Shown piece after piece: positions 19,772 through 30,296 of a DNA stretch of 64,000 nt. The DNA is from Alphaproteobacteria bacterium (GTDB lineage Bacteria > Pseudomonadota > Alphaproteobacteria > Micavibrionales > UBA2020). Location: the NCBI GenBank assembly GCA_030682495.1, contig JAUXOC010000057.1:8170-72169 (forward strand). Reading direction: 5' to 3'. A model generated the notes under the pieces. That model searched no databases. It worked only from the letters and a program-made list of their open reading frames with translations, and was not told where the DNA came from. The position numbers and the translations under genes are program-made. How positions within the stretch are numbered: the stretch's first letter is position 1; each line of letters opens with the position of its first letter.

Positions 19772-22438
19772 TTATCCCGCCAGTGCCGCCTCGATTGCCG
19801 CCACCGCGTCATTGGCCAGCTTGCCGTCGGGTCCGCCTGCCTGCGCCATGTCGGGACGGCCGCCGCCGCCTTTGCCGCCCAAAACGGCGGAGCCGGTCTT
19901 GACGAGATCGACGGCACTCACGGTCTTGACCAGATCGGCCGTCACGGCCACGACCAGCGATGCCTTGCCGTCCTCGCCCGAAACCGACACCAGCGCGACA
20001 ACGCCGGAGCCCAGCTTCGCCTTCAGGTCATCGGCCATCGGCTTGAGCTCGTTCGCCGGAACGTCTTCAAGGACGCGGGCGGAGAATTTGACGCCGTTGA
20101 TCGTCTTGGTTTCCGGCGCAGCGCCCGCACTGCCGCCTGTTGCCAGTTTACGGCGCAAATCAGCGATTTCTTTTTCCAGCTTTCTCTTGTCGTTCACCAA
20201 GGCTTCGACACGCGAAACCGTTTCGGCGGGCGATGATTTCAGAAGCGTGGCGATGTCCTGCACGCGCGTTTCCTGTTCGGCCAGATATTTCAAGGCGCCT
20301 GCGCCCGTCACAGCTTCAACGCGGCGAATACCTGCCGCCAGCGCGCTTTCGGAGACGATGCGGAACAAGCCGATATCGCCCGTACGGCGCACATGCGTAC
20401 CGCCGCACAGCTCGATGGAATAGGCGCTACGTTCGCCATCCGGATCCGTACCGCCCATAGACAGGACGCGCACTTCGTCGTCGTATTTTTCACCGAACAT
20501 CGCCATGGCACCAAGCGCGCGCGCGTCATCAATCGGCAGCAGACGCGTGGTCACTTCGCTGTTCATGCGGATACGGTCATTGACTTCGCTTTCGATCACG
20601 GCGCGCTGTTTGGCTTCGATCGGGGTCGGCTGGCTGATATCGAAACGCAGGCGCGTGTCATCGACCAGAGAGCCTTTTTGCACCACATGCTTGCCCAGAT
20701 GGCGGTGCAGCGCGGCATGCAGCAAATGCGTGGCCGAGTGATTGGCGCGGATCGCATCGCGGCGCTTGGTGCAGATTTTCAGCTCCACCGCATCGCCGAT
20801 CTTGATGTCGCCCTTTTTCACCGTGCCGATATGGACAAAAAGCCCGCCGAGTTTTTTGAGGCAGTCGCCAACAACAATCTCGCCGCCCTTCGCCGTATTG
20901 ATCCAGCCGTGGTCGCCGGCCTGACCGCCGGATTCGGCATAGAACGGCGTCTGGTTGACGACAATCATCACCTCTTCGCCCTCTTTGGCACTTTGGACTT
21001 CTTCGCCTTTGGCATTGACCAGTGCAAGCACCTGCCCTTCGGCCTGTTCCTGCTGATAGCCCAAAAATTCGGTCACGCCGGTTTTTTCTTTGATGCCGAA
21101 CCAGATGGTTTCGGTTGCCGCCTCGCCCGAGCCGGACCACGATTTGCGCGCAACTTCGCGCTGTTTTTCCATCGCAGCTTCGAAACCGGCCACGTCAACC
21201 TCGCGCGCCTGTTCGCGTTTCAGAACGTCCTGCGTCAAATCAAGCGGGAAGCCGAAAGTGTCATAGAGCTTGAAAGCAACATCGCCCGAAAGCGGCTGTT
21301 TGTCGCCCAGCTTCGCCGTTTCCGCGGCCAATAGAGACAGGCCGTTATCAAGCGTTTTCTTGAAGCGCGCTTCTTCCAGCTTCAGCGTTTCGGCAATCAT
21401 GGCGCCCGCTTCGTTCAGCTCCGGATAGACCGCGCCCATCTTGGCTTGCAGCGCGGGCAACAAACGGTACATCAAAGGTTCTGTTGCACCCAGCAGATGC
21501 GCATGACGCATGCCGCGGCGCATGATACGGCGCAGGACATAGCCGCGCCCCTCGTTCGACGGCATCACACCTTCGGCAATCAGGAAGGCCGAGGCGCGCA
21601 GGTGATCTGCAATCACGCGGTGCGACACGCTTTTCGGCCCGTCAGGGTCGGTATTGGTCAGGTTCGCAGCGGCTTCGATGATCGAGCGCAAAAGATCGAC
21701 GCTATAGTTATCATGGCTGCCCTGCAAAAGCGCCGTCATACGCTCCAGCCCCATCCCCGTATCGATGGACTGTTTGGGCATGTTGATGCGGCTGCCGTCG
21801 GGCAGCTGTTCGTACTGCATAAAGACGTTGTTCCAGAATTCGATATAGCGGTCACCGTCTTCATCGGCACTGCCCGGCGGGCCGCCCGCGACCTTGTCGC
21901 CATGGTCGTAGAAGATTTCCGAGCAAGGGCCGCAAGGGCCGGTGTCGCCCATCATCCAGAAGTTATCCATGGTCGGAATGCGGATGATGCGGTCGTCGGA
22001 AAAACCGGCGATGGATTTCCACAGCTTCGCCGCCTCTTCGTCTTCGGAATAGACCGTCACCAGCAGACGGTCTTTGGGCATGTCGAATTCTTTGTTGATC
22101 AGCTCCCACGCGAAGCTGATTGCTTTTTCCTTGAAATAATCGCCGAAGGAAAAGTTGCCGAGCATTTCAAAAAACGTATGGTGACGCGCCGTAAAACCCA
22201 CGTTGTCGAGGTCGTTGTGCTTACCGCCGGCGCGCACGCATTTCTGCGCCGTGGTCGCGCGGCTGTACGGACGTTTTTCAACGCCGGTAAAAACATTCTT
22301 GAACTGCACCATGCCCGAATTGGTGAACATCATGGTCGGGTCATTGCGCGGCACCAATGCGCTTGACGCCACGGCCTCGTGCCCGTTCTTTTTAAAGAAC
22401 TCGAGGAAGGTTTTGCGAACGTCGTTTGCGCTGGTCAT
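19772..22438 (-). CDS. alaS: Alanine--tRNA ligase
   Basis: [10 protein letters not shown]; [19 protein letters not shown]; DTGMGLER; HSATHLLH; ELCGGTHV; [15 protein letters not shown]. Confidence 0.98.
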   Translation of the reverse strand: MTSANDVRKTFLEFFKKNGHEAVASSALVPRNDPTMMFTNSGMVQFKNVFTGVEKRPYSRATTAQKCVRAGGKHNDLDNVGFTARHHTFFEMLGNFSFGDYFKEKAISFAWELINKEFDMPKDRLLVTVYSEDEEAAKLWKSIAGFSDDRIIRIPTMDNFWMMGDTGPCGPCSEIFYDHGDKVAGGPPGSADEDGDRYIEFWNNVFMQYEQLPDGSRINMPKQSIDTGMGLERMTALLQGSHDNYSVDLLRSIIEAAANLTNTDPDGPKSVSHRVIADHLRASAFLIAEGVMPSNEGRGYVLRRIMRRGMRHAHLLGATEPLMYRLLPALQAKMGAVYPELNEAGAMIAETLKLEEARFKKTLDNGLSLLAAETAKLGDKQPLSGDVAFKLYDTFGFPLDLTQDVLKREQAREVDVAGFEAAMEKQREVARKSWSGSGEAATETIWFGIKEKTGVTEFLGYQQEQAEGQVLALVNAKGEEVQSAKEGEEVMIVVNQTPFYAESGGQAGDHGWINTAKGGEIVVGDCLKKLGGLFVHIGTVKKGDIKIGDAVELKICTKRRDAIRANHSATHLLHAALHRHLGKHVVQKGSLVDDTRLRFDISQPTPIEAKQRAVIESEVNDRIRMNSEVTTRLLPIDDARALGAMAMFGEKYDDEVRVLSMGGTDPDGERSAYSIELCGGTHVRRTGDIGLFRIVSESALAAGIRRVEAVTGAGALKYLAEQETRVQDIATLLKSSPAETVSRVEALVNDKRKLEKEIADLRRKLATGGSAGAAPETKTINGVKFSARVLEDVPANELKPMADDLKAKLGSGVVALVSVSGEDGKASLVVAVTADLVKTVSAVDLVKTGSAVLGGKGGGGRPDMAQAGGPDGKLANDAVAAIEAALAG

Positions 22439-22579
22439 GTGATGCCTCTTTGCCGTTTCCGCCCACAAGCGGACGGTCGATGAACTGTTGGATAAATACG
22501 GAGAGAGCCCGCAAAGCGAGCCCCTTTTCCGGCTGGATATGATACTGGATGGCGGCAGATTACGCCAGAGGGCGCAGGC

Positions 22580-24568
22580 CTAGCGCGTGAAGAAAAAGCC
22601 GGATTCGGCCAAAGCGCTTCTGCCCGCGCCGTCCTGACCGTTGTAAACCGGCCAATCCCCCTCCACCACGTTATCGAGGGAGGTCGTGCGCTGGCCGAGT
22701 TTAATGCGGTAAATCCAGTAATTGGCCAGTACCCGTTCGACAAAAATGCGGGTTTCGGCGGCGGGTATCGATTCGATGAACAGCAGCGGGTCGTCTTCAT
22801 ACCGCACACTCTGCTGCCAGCGGCTCAGCTTGCCCGGTCCGGCGTTATAGGCCACAGCCAGCTTGAACAGGTTATTGTCAACGGCGCCATGCGACAAAAG
22901 CTCGGCCAGATATTTTTGGCCAAGGTCGATGTTGATCTGCGGGTCGCGCAGCTTGCCATCTTCCAGCTTCTCGCCGTGCTGGCGCGCCACATGCCGCGCT
23001 GTGGCCGGCATCAGCTGCATCAGCCCCTGCGCACCCGATGAACGGTTGATGACCTGCGGATCAAACTTGGATTCCTGACGGATAAAGGCATATACCAGAG
23101 CCTTATCGACGTGGAAGCCGCGCTCCGGCGCCCAGGGCGCATCTGGATAAAGCGCGGCATCATATAATTCGCCCCTCGCATCGCGGAAGGCGCTGCCCAT
23201 GCGCATGGCCAGATGCGGCATGCCTTTGCCGGTTGCAACGGCGATCATCGCCTCTTGCAGCAGCAGATCGCGGCCCGGGTTGATCTGGCGCATCTCCAGT
23301 TCGGCCAGATCGAAGCGCTCCGCATCCACCAGCGCCAGCGCGCGGCGGCCTGCGGGCACGGCAGAGAGTGCCTTGACATGACGGTCGGTCAGCGGCGGCA
23401 CTTGCCAGCTGAATTTGACCTGTTCCATGCCGAGCGCTTTGAGCGAAATAATGCCGTAAAACGTGCGCGGATATTCAGCGCTGCGGCGCAACCAATAGCC
23501 GACTTTGCTGGGCTGATGGTTACGCAGATAAGACCGCGCCGCCCAGTATGCGCCCGCCGCGCTCATCCAGGCGGAGGAGCGGGAGGAATTGGCTGTCAGC
23601 TCGAAAAACCCGCCGGCATCAGCGTAATTGCCCAGTTTCCACGCAGACAGACCCGCAATCCAGCCCGCCTGCGGCGCATCGAGCTTGGAGCGCTGTGCCG
23701 CGGCGCGCGCAAGGTCATGCGCTTCGCGTGTCTTGCCGTTGAAGAAATAGGACGCGGCAATATCGGCACGGAGGCTGTCGTATTCTTCGGCCGAGAACAG
23801 GCGGCGCGCTTCTTCGGTTTCAAGCGTACGCAGCGCGGCAGTGGGAGAGTCCGAGAGATTGCGGCGAATGACGGAAATAATTTCTTTGGCGCGTCCAGTA
23901 TGGTTGCGCTGCGTCAGGTAAGGCTGCGCCAGCTGGCCGACATCATAATCCTGCTGGCCCATCACACCGCGGCCATAGCGCGAGGGGGGCACAGCCCCGA
24001 CCCCCGCAGGTTTGCGGCGTTCGGCAAGCTCGCTGATTTTCTGCGCGCCCGGATGATCGGCATAAAGCTTTAGCCAGCCTGCCAGTTCATCATAGCGCGC
24101 CGTGTATTTGGGGTGCATATAACGCTGGTACATGACATGACCGATCAGCCGGTCGTCGTCGAGTTTGGCGATTTCGGCATCGGCGCGGGTAAAATCACCC
24201 GTATCCTGAAAGGCAAAAATATGCGCATAGCGTGCCGCATCATGGTCATGCAGGCGTTTGCCCGCCGAAATATGGCCGAAAACGCGCGAGAAGATGGACG
24301 GACGCTGCGACGGCACAGCCGAAGCCGCCGCGGCCGAGGCGGCAGCCGCGGGCATACCCCCCATAGACGGCATGACACCCTGCGGCTTGCGGCGCGGGTA
24401 CATCACATCCTTGGCAAGAATATCGTTTATCGGATCACGCGGCTGTATCTGGCGCGCCTGCTGTGCAGGCTTACGGACGGGCAGCGGTATAGACGTTGCC
24501 GCAATCGCCGTGCCGATGCAGGAGACCAAGGCCGCCATGGCCAAAATCCCGCGGATCTGCTTTTGCAT
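22580..24568 (-). CDS. Soluble lytic murein transglycosylase (SLT domain)
   Basis: Signal peptide; helical repeats; AFIRQESKF; GAQGLMQLMP; AYNAGPG; FIESIP..ETR. Start uncertain. Confidence 0.92.
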   Translation of the reverse strand: MQKQIRGILAMAALVSCIGTAIAATSIPLPVRKPAQQARQIQPRDPINDILAKDVMYPRRKPQGVMPSMGGMPAAAASAAAASAVPSQRPSIFSRVFGHISAGKRLHDHDAARYAHIFAFQDTGDFTRADAEIAKLDDDRLIGHVMYQRYMHPKYTARYDELAGWLKLYADHPGAQKISELAERRKPAGVGAVPPSRYGRGVMGQQDYDVGQLAQPYLTQRNHTGRAKEIISVIRRNLSDSPTAALRTLETEEARRLFSAEEYDSLRADIAASYFFNGKTREAHDLARAAAQRSKLDAPQAGWIAGLSAWKLGNYADAGGFFELTANSSRSSAWMSAAGAYWAARSYLRNHQPSKVGYWLRRSAEYPRTFYGIISLKALGMEQVKFSWQVPPLTDRHVKALSAVPAGRRALALVDAERFDLAELEMRQINPGRDLLLQEAMIAVATGKGMPHLAMRMGSAFRDARGELYDAALYPDAPWAPERGFHVDKALVYAFIRQESKFDPQVINRSSGAQGLMQLMPATARHVARQHGEKLEDGKLRDPQINIDLGQKYLAELLSHGAVDNNLFKLAVAYNAGPGKLSRWQQSVRYEDDPLLFIESIPAAETRIFVERVLANYWIYRIKLGQRTTSLDNVVEGDWPVYNGQDGAGRSALAESGFFFTR

Positions 24569-24803
24569 CGTGGTCGTTGTCAAAACACACACGCCCCTGT
24601 TGTTCAAAGGTAGCAGAGTCGTAGCGCGAAACAGGGGGTTTGGCAAACTTTTACGGTATTATTGAAAATTAAATCGCCAAAACAAGGCCTTATTGGGGCT
24701 TTTGCACGCCGCCTGTTTATTAATTATGTAAATTAGACGGGCATTTATCCCCACCCGCCGCGATTCTGGCAGGCGGGGATTTGAAGAGCCCTTGCGTGGC
24801 ACA

Positions 24804-25031
24804 TCAGCCGTCCAGCAGGGCGATCCCCTGTTCGATCAGCATATTCACCCGCGCCGACCAGCCGGTGCCGGTCAGCTTTTCCAGCCCCAGAATATCCAGC
24901 GCGGTCGGCTTTCCCTTGCGGCGGTCGAACTGTACGGTCAGACCGGAGACGTGGCGGGCGATTTTCTTGATCTCATCGACTTCCCATTCGGCGGGGGCTT
25001 TCAGGGGCATGGCGGCGGCGGCTTTGGACAT
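24804..25031 (-). CDS. Small hypothetical protein (75 aa)
   Basis: Strong GGAGGAG RBS; host-like codon usage; fills an intergenic gap. Confidence 0.6.
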   Translation of the reverse strand: MSKAAAAMPLKAPAEWEVDEIKKIARHVSGLTVQFDRRKGKPTALDILGLEKLTGTGWSARVNMLIEQGIALLDG

Positions 25032-25375
25032 GGGGTTTCTCCTCCCGGTTTGCGGCCAGCCGCATGCACACGCGGAGTCTGGCCTATATTCATGTTTAAC
25101 GTCTGGTTCTGGGGGCCTGATCGCGCTCAGGCGGCGTTGGTGCGGCGGATGTCAGATCAATGACAAATTCGTCGCACGCTGGTCTGTCGCAGGGACAGGG
25201 TATGAAGTCGCATGATACAGGGCGCGGAGGCCACAGACACGCCATTCAGGCATGCGGCCACGGAGAGGAGGTGAAGATGTACGTTGTTTTGTACGGTTTT
25301 CATGTTTGCGCTTTCTGCTGCCTTTCATGCTATGGGCGAAGGCAGGCCACTGTCAAACACCGCGTATGAAAAAAG

Positions 25376-26224
25376 TCAGGAAATAACGCCCAGCGCGCGC
25401 AATTTGTTTTTTAATGACAATAAATCGGCCCAAGCCAGAGATTTTTGCTGTGGCGAGCGCAAAAGATAGGCCGGATGGAACATACAGATCGCGGGAATCG
25501 GCTGCACCAATGCAGGAGCCTCGAAATCCGTCCACTTGCCGCGCAAACGGGTGATGCCCTGCGTGGTTTCAAGCAGAGCCTTGGCCGCCACACCGCCGAC
25601 AAAGACCACGGCAGCGGGATTGACCAGTTCGATATGCCGTCGGATAAACGGCAGGCTGAGCGCGATTTCGGCATCGTCCGGCGCGCGGTTACCCGGCGGG
25701 CGCCAGTTGATGACATTGCTGATATAGGCGTTCTCTTCACGGCTGAGGCCAATGCTGCCGAGCATCTTGTCGAGCAGCTGGCCGCTGACACCGACGAAAG
25801 GCCTGCCGATGCGATCCTCGTCCGCGCCCGGTGCTTCGCCCACGAACATCACCCGCGCCTGCGGGTTGCCGTCGGCAAAAACCATCTGCGTTGCCGTGCG
25901 TTTGATGCCAAGCCCCTTGAAACTGTCAATCGCGGCGCGCAGTTCATCCAGCGTTTGCGCGGCAGCGGCCAGCGTGCGCGCCTCCTCCATCGATTCAATC
26001 GCACCGGCAACGCCATCGGCGGGCGCAGACGCAGCGGCTACCGTTCCCGAAAGCGGCGCGGCAGAGGGTGTGCTTGCAGAGGGGGCAACCATCGGCAGAA
26101 TTTTTTCCGGAATCAGCGTGCGGTCAAGTGTCTCGTCGCCCATAACCTCGTCCACGCCGCAATCCACATAAAACTGGAGCAGCTGGAAAGGCGAAAGGGC
26201 TGAAATGGAAAGGTTTTCTTCCAT
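25376..26224 (-). CDS. Uracil-DNA glycosylase family 4
   Basis: VFADGNP; FVGEAPGADED..GRPFVG; NWRPPGNR; FHPAYLLR. Confidence 0.93.
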   Translation of the reverse strand: MEENLSISALSPFQLLQFYVDCGVDEVMGDETLDRTLIPEKILPMVAPSASTPSAAPLSGTVAAASAPADGVAGAIESMEEARTLAAAAQTLDELRAAIDSFKGLGIKRTATQMVFADGNPQARVMFVGEAPGADEDRIGRPFVGVSGQLLDKMLGSIGLSREENAYISNVINWRPPGNRAPDDAEIALSLPFIRRHIELVNPAAVVFVGGVAAKALLETTQGITRLRGKWTDFEAPALVQPIPAICMFHPAYLLRSPQQKSLAWADLLSLKNKLRALGVIS

Positions 26225-26295
26225 TGGTGACGGATATACCTATAATGTTGTTCACTCGTTATACTCTAAAGCGACAATAATATAAAGAGAACGCC

Positions 26296-27945
26296 ATGAC
26301 CGATTTGCACACCCCCGAAGCACCCGCCCGCGATGTGATGGCCTATGACGTGGTGATCGTCGGTGCCGGCCCCTCGGGGCTCAGCTGCGCCATACGGCTG
26401 AAACAGCTGAAGCCGGAGCTATCGGTCTGTATTCTCGAAAAAGGATCTGAAGTCGGCGCGCATCTGCTGTCGGGCGCGGTTCTGGAGACGCGGGCGCTTG
26501 ACGAGCTGATCCCCGACTGGAAAGAAAAAGGCGCACCGCTCGATACGCCCGCCGGTGAAGACAAATTTCTGTTCCTGACCGAAAAGCGCGCCTTCCGCCT
26601 GCCGACCCCGCCGCAGATGCACAACAAGGGCAATTACATTATCAGTCTTGGTGTCTTTGCGCGCTGGCTTGCCGATCAGGCGCAGGCACTGGGCGTGGAG
26701 ATCTACCCCGGCTTTGCCGCGGCCGAAGTGCTGTATGATGAAAACGGCGCGGTGCGCGGCGTGGCGACTGGCGACATGGGCATCGGCAAAAACGGCGAAC
26801 GTACTGCCGCCTATCAGCCCGGTATTGAACTGCACGCGCAGCAAACGGTTTTCGCCGAAGGCTGCCACGGTTCGCTCACCAAGACCCTTTTCAAAAAATT
26901 CGACCTGCGCAAGGATTGCGACCCGCAAACCTATGGCATCGGCATCAAAGAGCTTTGGGAAATCCCCGCCGAGAAACACCAGAAAGGCCTGATCGTGCAC
27001 ACGGCTGGCTGGCCGATGGATAGCATGACCTATGGCGGGTCGTGGATGTATCATCTGGAAGGCAATATGGTGTCGATCGGTTTTGTGATCGGGCTTGACT
27101 ATCAAAACCCGCATCTCTCGCCGTTTCATGAATTCCAGCGCTTCAAGCTGCACCCTGCCGTGCGCAAATATCTTGAAGGCGGGCGACGCGTCTCCTACGG
27201 CGCGCGGGCGCTCAGCGAAGGCGGCTTGCAATCCGTGCCCAAACTCACCTTCGCGGGCGGGCTTTTGGTCGGCGATACGGCGGGGTTCCTCAATGTGCCG
27301 AAGATCAAAGGCAACCACACCGCCATGAAATCCGGCATGCTGGCCGCCGAGGCGCTGGCCGAAACCTTCGCCGCCGGTGCGGCGCAGGGCGCGGAGTGCG
27401 CATCCTATACGCAGAAATTCAAAGACAGCTGGCTGCACACAGAACTTCACCGCGTGCGCAATATCCGCCCGAGTTTTCACAAGGGCTTTATCGCGGGTTT
27501 TCTCTATTCTGCCATCGATACGGTATTCCTGCGCGGGCGCGCGCCGTGGACGCTGAAAAACCACGCCGATCATACGCAGCTGAAAAAAGCCAAGGACGCG
27601 CCAAAGATCGACTATCCGAAGCCAGACGGCGTGCTGACCTTTGACAAGCTGTCGTCGGTTTTCGTTTCAAACACCAACCACGAAGAAGACCAGCCCTGCC
27701 ATTTGCAGCTGAAAGACCCGAGCGTGCCCGTGCGCATCAACCTTGCCGAGTACGACGAGCCTGCGCAGCGCTACTGCCCCGCCGGTGTCTATGAGATTGT
27801 GACGAACGAGGCGGGCGAGCCGCGTCTGCAGATCAACGCGCAGAACTGCGTGCATTGCAAAACCTGCGACATCAAAGACCCGACCCAAAACATCAACTGG
27901 GTCACCCCCCAAGGCGGCGGCGGTCCTAATTACGGGAGTATGTGA
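26296..27945 (+). CDS. Electron transfer flavoprotein-ubiquinone oxidoreductase
   Basis: VIVGAGPSG; [14 protein letters not shown]; NVPKIKGNH; [12 protein letters not shown]; CPAGVYE; [13 protein letters not shown] (4Fe-4S). Confidence 0.97.
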   Translation: MTDLHTPEAPARDVMAYDVVIVGAGPSGLSCAIRLKQLKPELSVCILEKGSEVGAHLLSGAVLETRALDELIPDWKEKGAPLDTPAGEDKFLFLTEKRAFRLPTPPQMHNKGNYIISLGVFARWLADQAQALGVEIYPGFAAAEVLYDENGAVRGVATGDMGIGKNGERTAAYQPGIELHAQQTVFAEGCHGSLTKTLFKKFDLRKDCDPQTYGIGIKELWEIPAEKHQKGLIVHTAGWPMDSMTYGGSWMYHLEGNMVSIGFVIGLDYQNPHLSPFHEFQRFKLHPAVRKYLEGGRRVSYGARALSEGGLQSVPKLTFAGGLLVGDTAGFLNVPKIKGNHTAMKSGMLAAEALAETFAAGAAQGAECASYTQKFKDSWLHTELHRVRNIRPSFHKGFIAGFLYSAIDTVFLRGRAPWTLKNHADHTQLKKAKDAPKIDYPKPDGVLTFDKLSSVFVSNTNHEEDQPCHLQLKDPSVPVRINLAEYDEPAQRYCPAGVYEIVTNEAGEPRLQINAQNCVHCKTCDIKDPTQNINWVTPQGGGGPNYGSM

Positions 27946-28515
27946 TTACAGGCTATCCGAGAACGGCCTCAGGCAGGACACAAACTCTACCAACTCTCTT
28001 TTCTCTAATCCTGACAAGTATTCTTCAACACTCAGTGTGGGATTTTTTAGTCGAGCCCTGCATTTTTTAAGAGCCTTGCACACACGCCCAGAATCTAAGT
28101 CGAAAAGATGAGTAAGAAACTCATCAGGATGCTGCGCCTCTACTCCATACGGAGCAAGAACGTCTGACGGAAAATCTTTGAGATTATAGGTAACAATAAC
28201 ATCCAAACGGCCTTTTATCGCAGCCGCCAACACATGGCGATCTTTAGGGTCGGGCAAATTAAGACCGTCAATAATACCGTCATATCCCGTAACAAGCGCA
28301 TCACTCACATTTTCATTCATAAGCCGCCTAATAGTAGTCCAGTTTTCAACTGGCACGTCTGGCCTTTTGTCTTTCAACCTTTCAAAGCATTCATCCAGAA
28401 TTTCTTCGCTCCAACGCGCCCTGAACAGGCTCGTCATAGAAAGCTCCATCAAAACATCTCTGACGGAATAAGGGTAAAGAACGCAAGCATCGAAAATCGC
28501 GCCGAAAGAAGTCAT
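27946..28515 (-). CDS. PIN-domain protein (PIN_3/VapC-like toxin)
   Basis: AIFDACVLY; WSEEILDE; LPDPKDRHVLAAA; IVTYNLKDFP; HPDEFL. The start overlaps the upstream stop. Confidence 0.9.
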   Translation of the reverse strand: MTSFGAIFDACVLYPYSVRDVLMELSMTSLFRARWSEEILDECFERLKDKRPDVPVENWTTIRRLMNENVSDALVTGYDGIIDGLNLPDPKDRHVLAAAIKGRLDVIVTYNLKDFPSDVLAPYGVEAQHPDEFLTHLFDLDSGRVCKALKKCRARLKNPTLSVEEYLSGLEKRELVEFVSCLRPFSDSL

Positions 28516-28979
28516 CAAAAATCAAGCCCCAATTTTTGAGTTTCTACAGTCAGCGCGTCCAAAGACGCCGAGCGGGCGCTATCAATTTCCTCTTTGTACT
28601 TAACCAAGTCTTCAAACAAAACGCGCCGATGTGTGCCTACTTTCCGGTATGGAATCGTCCCCTCTTCCAACAAACCAATTAAGTAAGGTCTAGATACATT
28701 CAAAAAATCAGCACCTTGCTGCGTCGTCATTTCCGCATGCATGGGGATCAAGGCAATAGCATCCCCCTTCGCCATAGAAGAAAGAATGTCCATCAACAAA
28801 CGCATGATCGCCGCCGGAAGTACCACTGTACTGTTCGGCTCTTCAGCAATCGTTACTTTAAGTTCATTTTTCTTGGTCAGGTGGCGCGCAAAAAGCCGCC
28901 CTGTCGTCTTCGCAAATTCTGCATCTTCATGGGAAGGGAGCACAAAAGGCCCGCCACTGCTTTTAGAAAGAGCTGTCAT
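28515..28979 (-). CDS. Excisionase-family HTH protein (putative antitoxin)
   Basis: EMTTQQGADFLNVSRPYLIGLLEEG.IPYRKVGTHRRV; coupled to the PIN gene. Confidence 0.9.
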   Translation of the reverse strand: MTALSKSSGGPFVLPSHEDAEFAKTTGRLFARHLTKKNELKVTIAEEPNSTVVLPAAIMRLLMDILSSMAKGDAIALIPMHAEMTTQQGADFLNVSRPYLIGLLEEGTIPYRKVGTHRRVLFEDLVKYKEEIDSARSASLDALTVETQKLGLDF

Positions 28980-29023
28980 GTCTTGATCTCCTTTCTAACC
29001 TCAGAATATCACACAAAAGAAAT

Positions 29024-29046
29024 ATTCGCAATAAACGAATTATTCG
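29024..29046. promoter_or_regulatory. Putative autoregulatory operator of the HTH-PIN operon
   Basis: ATTCG-N7-CGAAT-T-ATTCG inverted half-sites, just downstream of a minus-strand TTGACA. Confidence 0.4.
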
Positions 29047-29087
29047 AAACAGACGATGTCAAGGGAACTATTTGAACAGGTTTAACT

Positions 29088-29936
29088 TTACCTCGGCCCG
29101 CCAAACAGCGGCTTTGATTTGGCGTTCTTGGCTGTCCATTCCGGATTTTGCGGCAGGTCGTCGTTGGCGGGGACGGCGGGGTATTTTTCGGCGCCGTATT
29201 TTGCGCCGTCAAACGGGCGCCAGTCGCCTTCCTTTTGCGCCAGACGATCCATCAGCGCCACGACAGCAGGCAGATTGGCGATCATGCCGAGGTGGCCGGA
29301 GCGCACTTCGATATTTTCCGTCTGCTTGCCTGCGGGGTTGAGACAGCTTTCCCACCAGACGATACCGTCGAGTTTCGAATAAATACCCGTTGTCGGCACG
29401 GGCGGCGGCGTCGCGCCGCGCACTTGCAGGTCGAGGTTTTCGTGTTCGGATTTCGGGTTGAACAGCCCGTAGAGATGTTCCAGCGCCGGAGAAGAAGACC
29501 CCGGTTTGCCCACCATGCCTGCCGGCGTGCCCAGTGTGACAACGCCGCGCACCAGATCGGGGAATTCGCGCGCCAGTTCCCGCGCGAAAATGCCGCCGAG
29601 ACTGTGGCCGACCAGCGTGACTTTTTGCCCGCCGCTTTCTTCGTAAATTTTATGCAGCTGTTCGCGCAGATGCTTGGCCGCGCGGTCGTCGAAACCGGTA
29701 TTCATGCCGCCGTCCCAGGCATGGACGGCATAGCCCTGCTGTTTGATCGCGCCGCGCAGCGTGGCCGTATAGCTGTCATCGGTCAGAAAACCGGGCAGCA
29801 CCAAAACAGGGTGGCCGTCGCCCCTCGGCACCGTGTCCTTGACCTGATTCCAGCCAGCGCGGAACGTCAGAGCGTCCGTCATCAGACGCGCCATCTCGTT
29901 GGTGGCATTAAACATCTGGGTCAGTCGTTTTTGCAT
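29088..29936 (-). CDS. Alpha/beta hydrolase (esterase/lipase, PGAP1-like)
   Basis: GDGHPVLVLPGFL; GHSLGG; TLGTP; YSKLDGIV; SGHLGM. Confidence 0.88.
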   Translation of the reverse strand: MQKRLTQMFNATNEMARLMTDALTFRAGWNQVKDTVPRGDGHPVLVLPGFLTDDSYTATLRGAIKQQGYAVHAWDGGMNTGFDDRAAKHLREQLHKIYEESGGQKVTLVGHSLGGIFARELAREFPDLVRGVVTLGTPAGMVGKPGSSSPALEHLYGLFNPKSEHENLDLQVRGATPPPVPTTGIYSKLDGIVWWESCLNPAGKQTENIEVRSGHLGMIANLPAVVALMDRLAQKEGDWRPFDGAKYGAEKYPAVPANDDLPQNPEWTAKNAKSKPLFGGPR

Positions 29937-30020
29937 TTGTGTCCGTCCCGCTGGCTTCTTTTCCAAAACATTCGATATGTTGCGCCGTAACATCCGGCAG
30001 CGCAAGAAAAAACTCATTTT

Positions 30021-30033
30021 TGTGCGCTGCACA
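30021..30033. promoter_or_regulatory. PhaR/AniA-like palindrome TGTGC-N3-GCACA
   Basis: Perfect palindrome in AT-rich intergenic DNA; a weaker copy lies at 29977-29993. Confidence 0.45.
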
Positions 30034-30296
30034 CAAGAAAATTTCCAGCTTTTCTGCCACATCACGCAACATGCTTGCGCGCAGACGTAATCATCTTTCC
30101 CTTAAAAAAATCTGACCATAATCGGCGGATAGTCACGGGTTGTTAACTACTTTATGGGATTCTGTACGTAGGGGAAAAAGCCCTGTCTTTTGCACATTAA
30201 TATGCACCTGAAGTGAGACATTCATATTAACAGCAGGCGGCGCGGCCAAGGAAAACGTGAAACGAAAAAAATTCAGGACAGAAAGCCCGCTGACGG

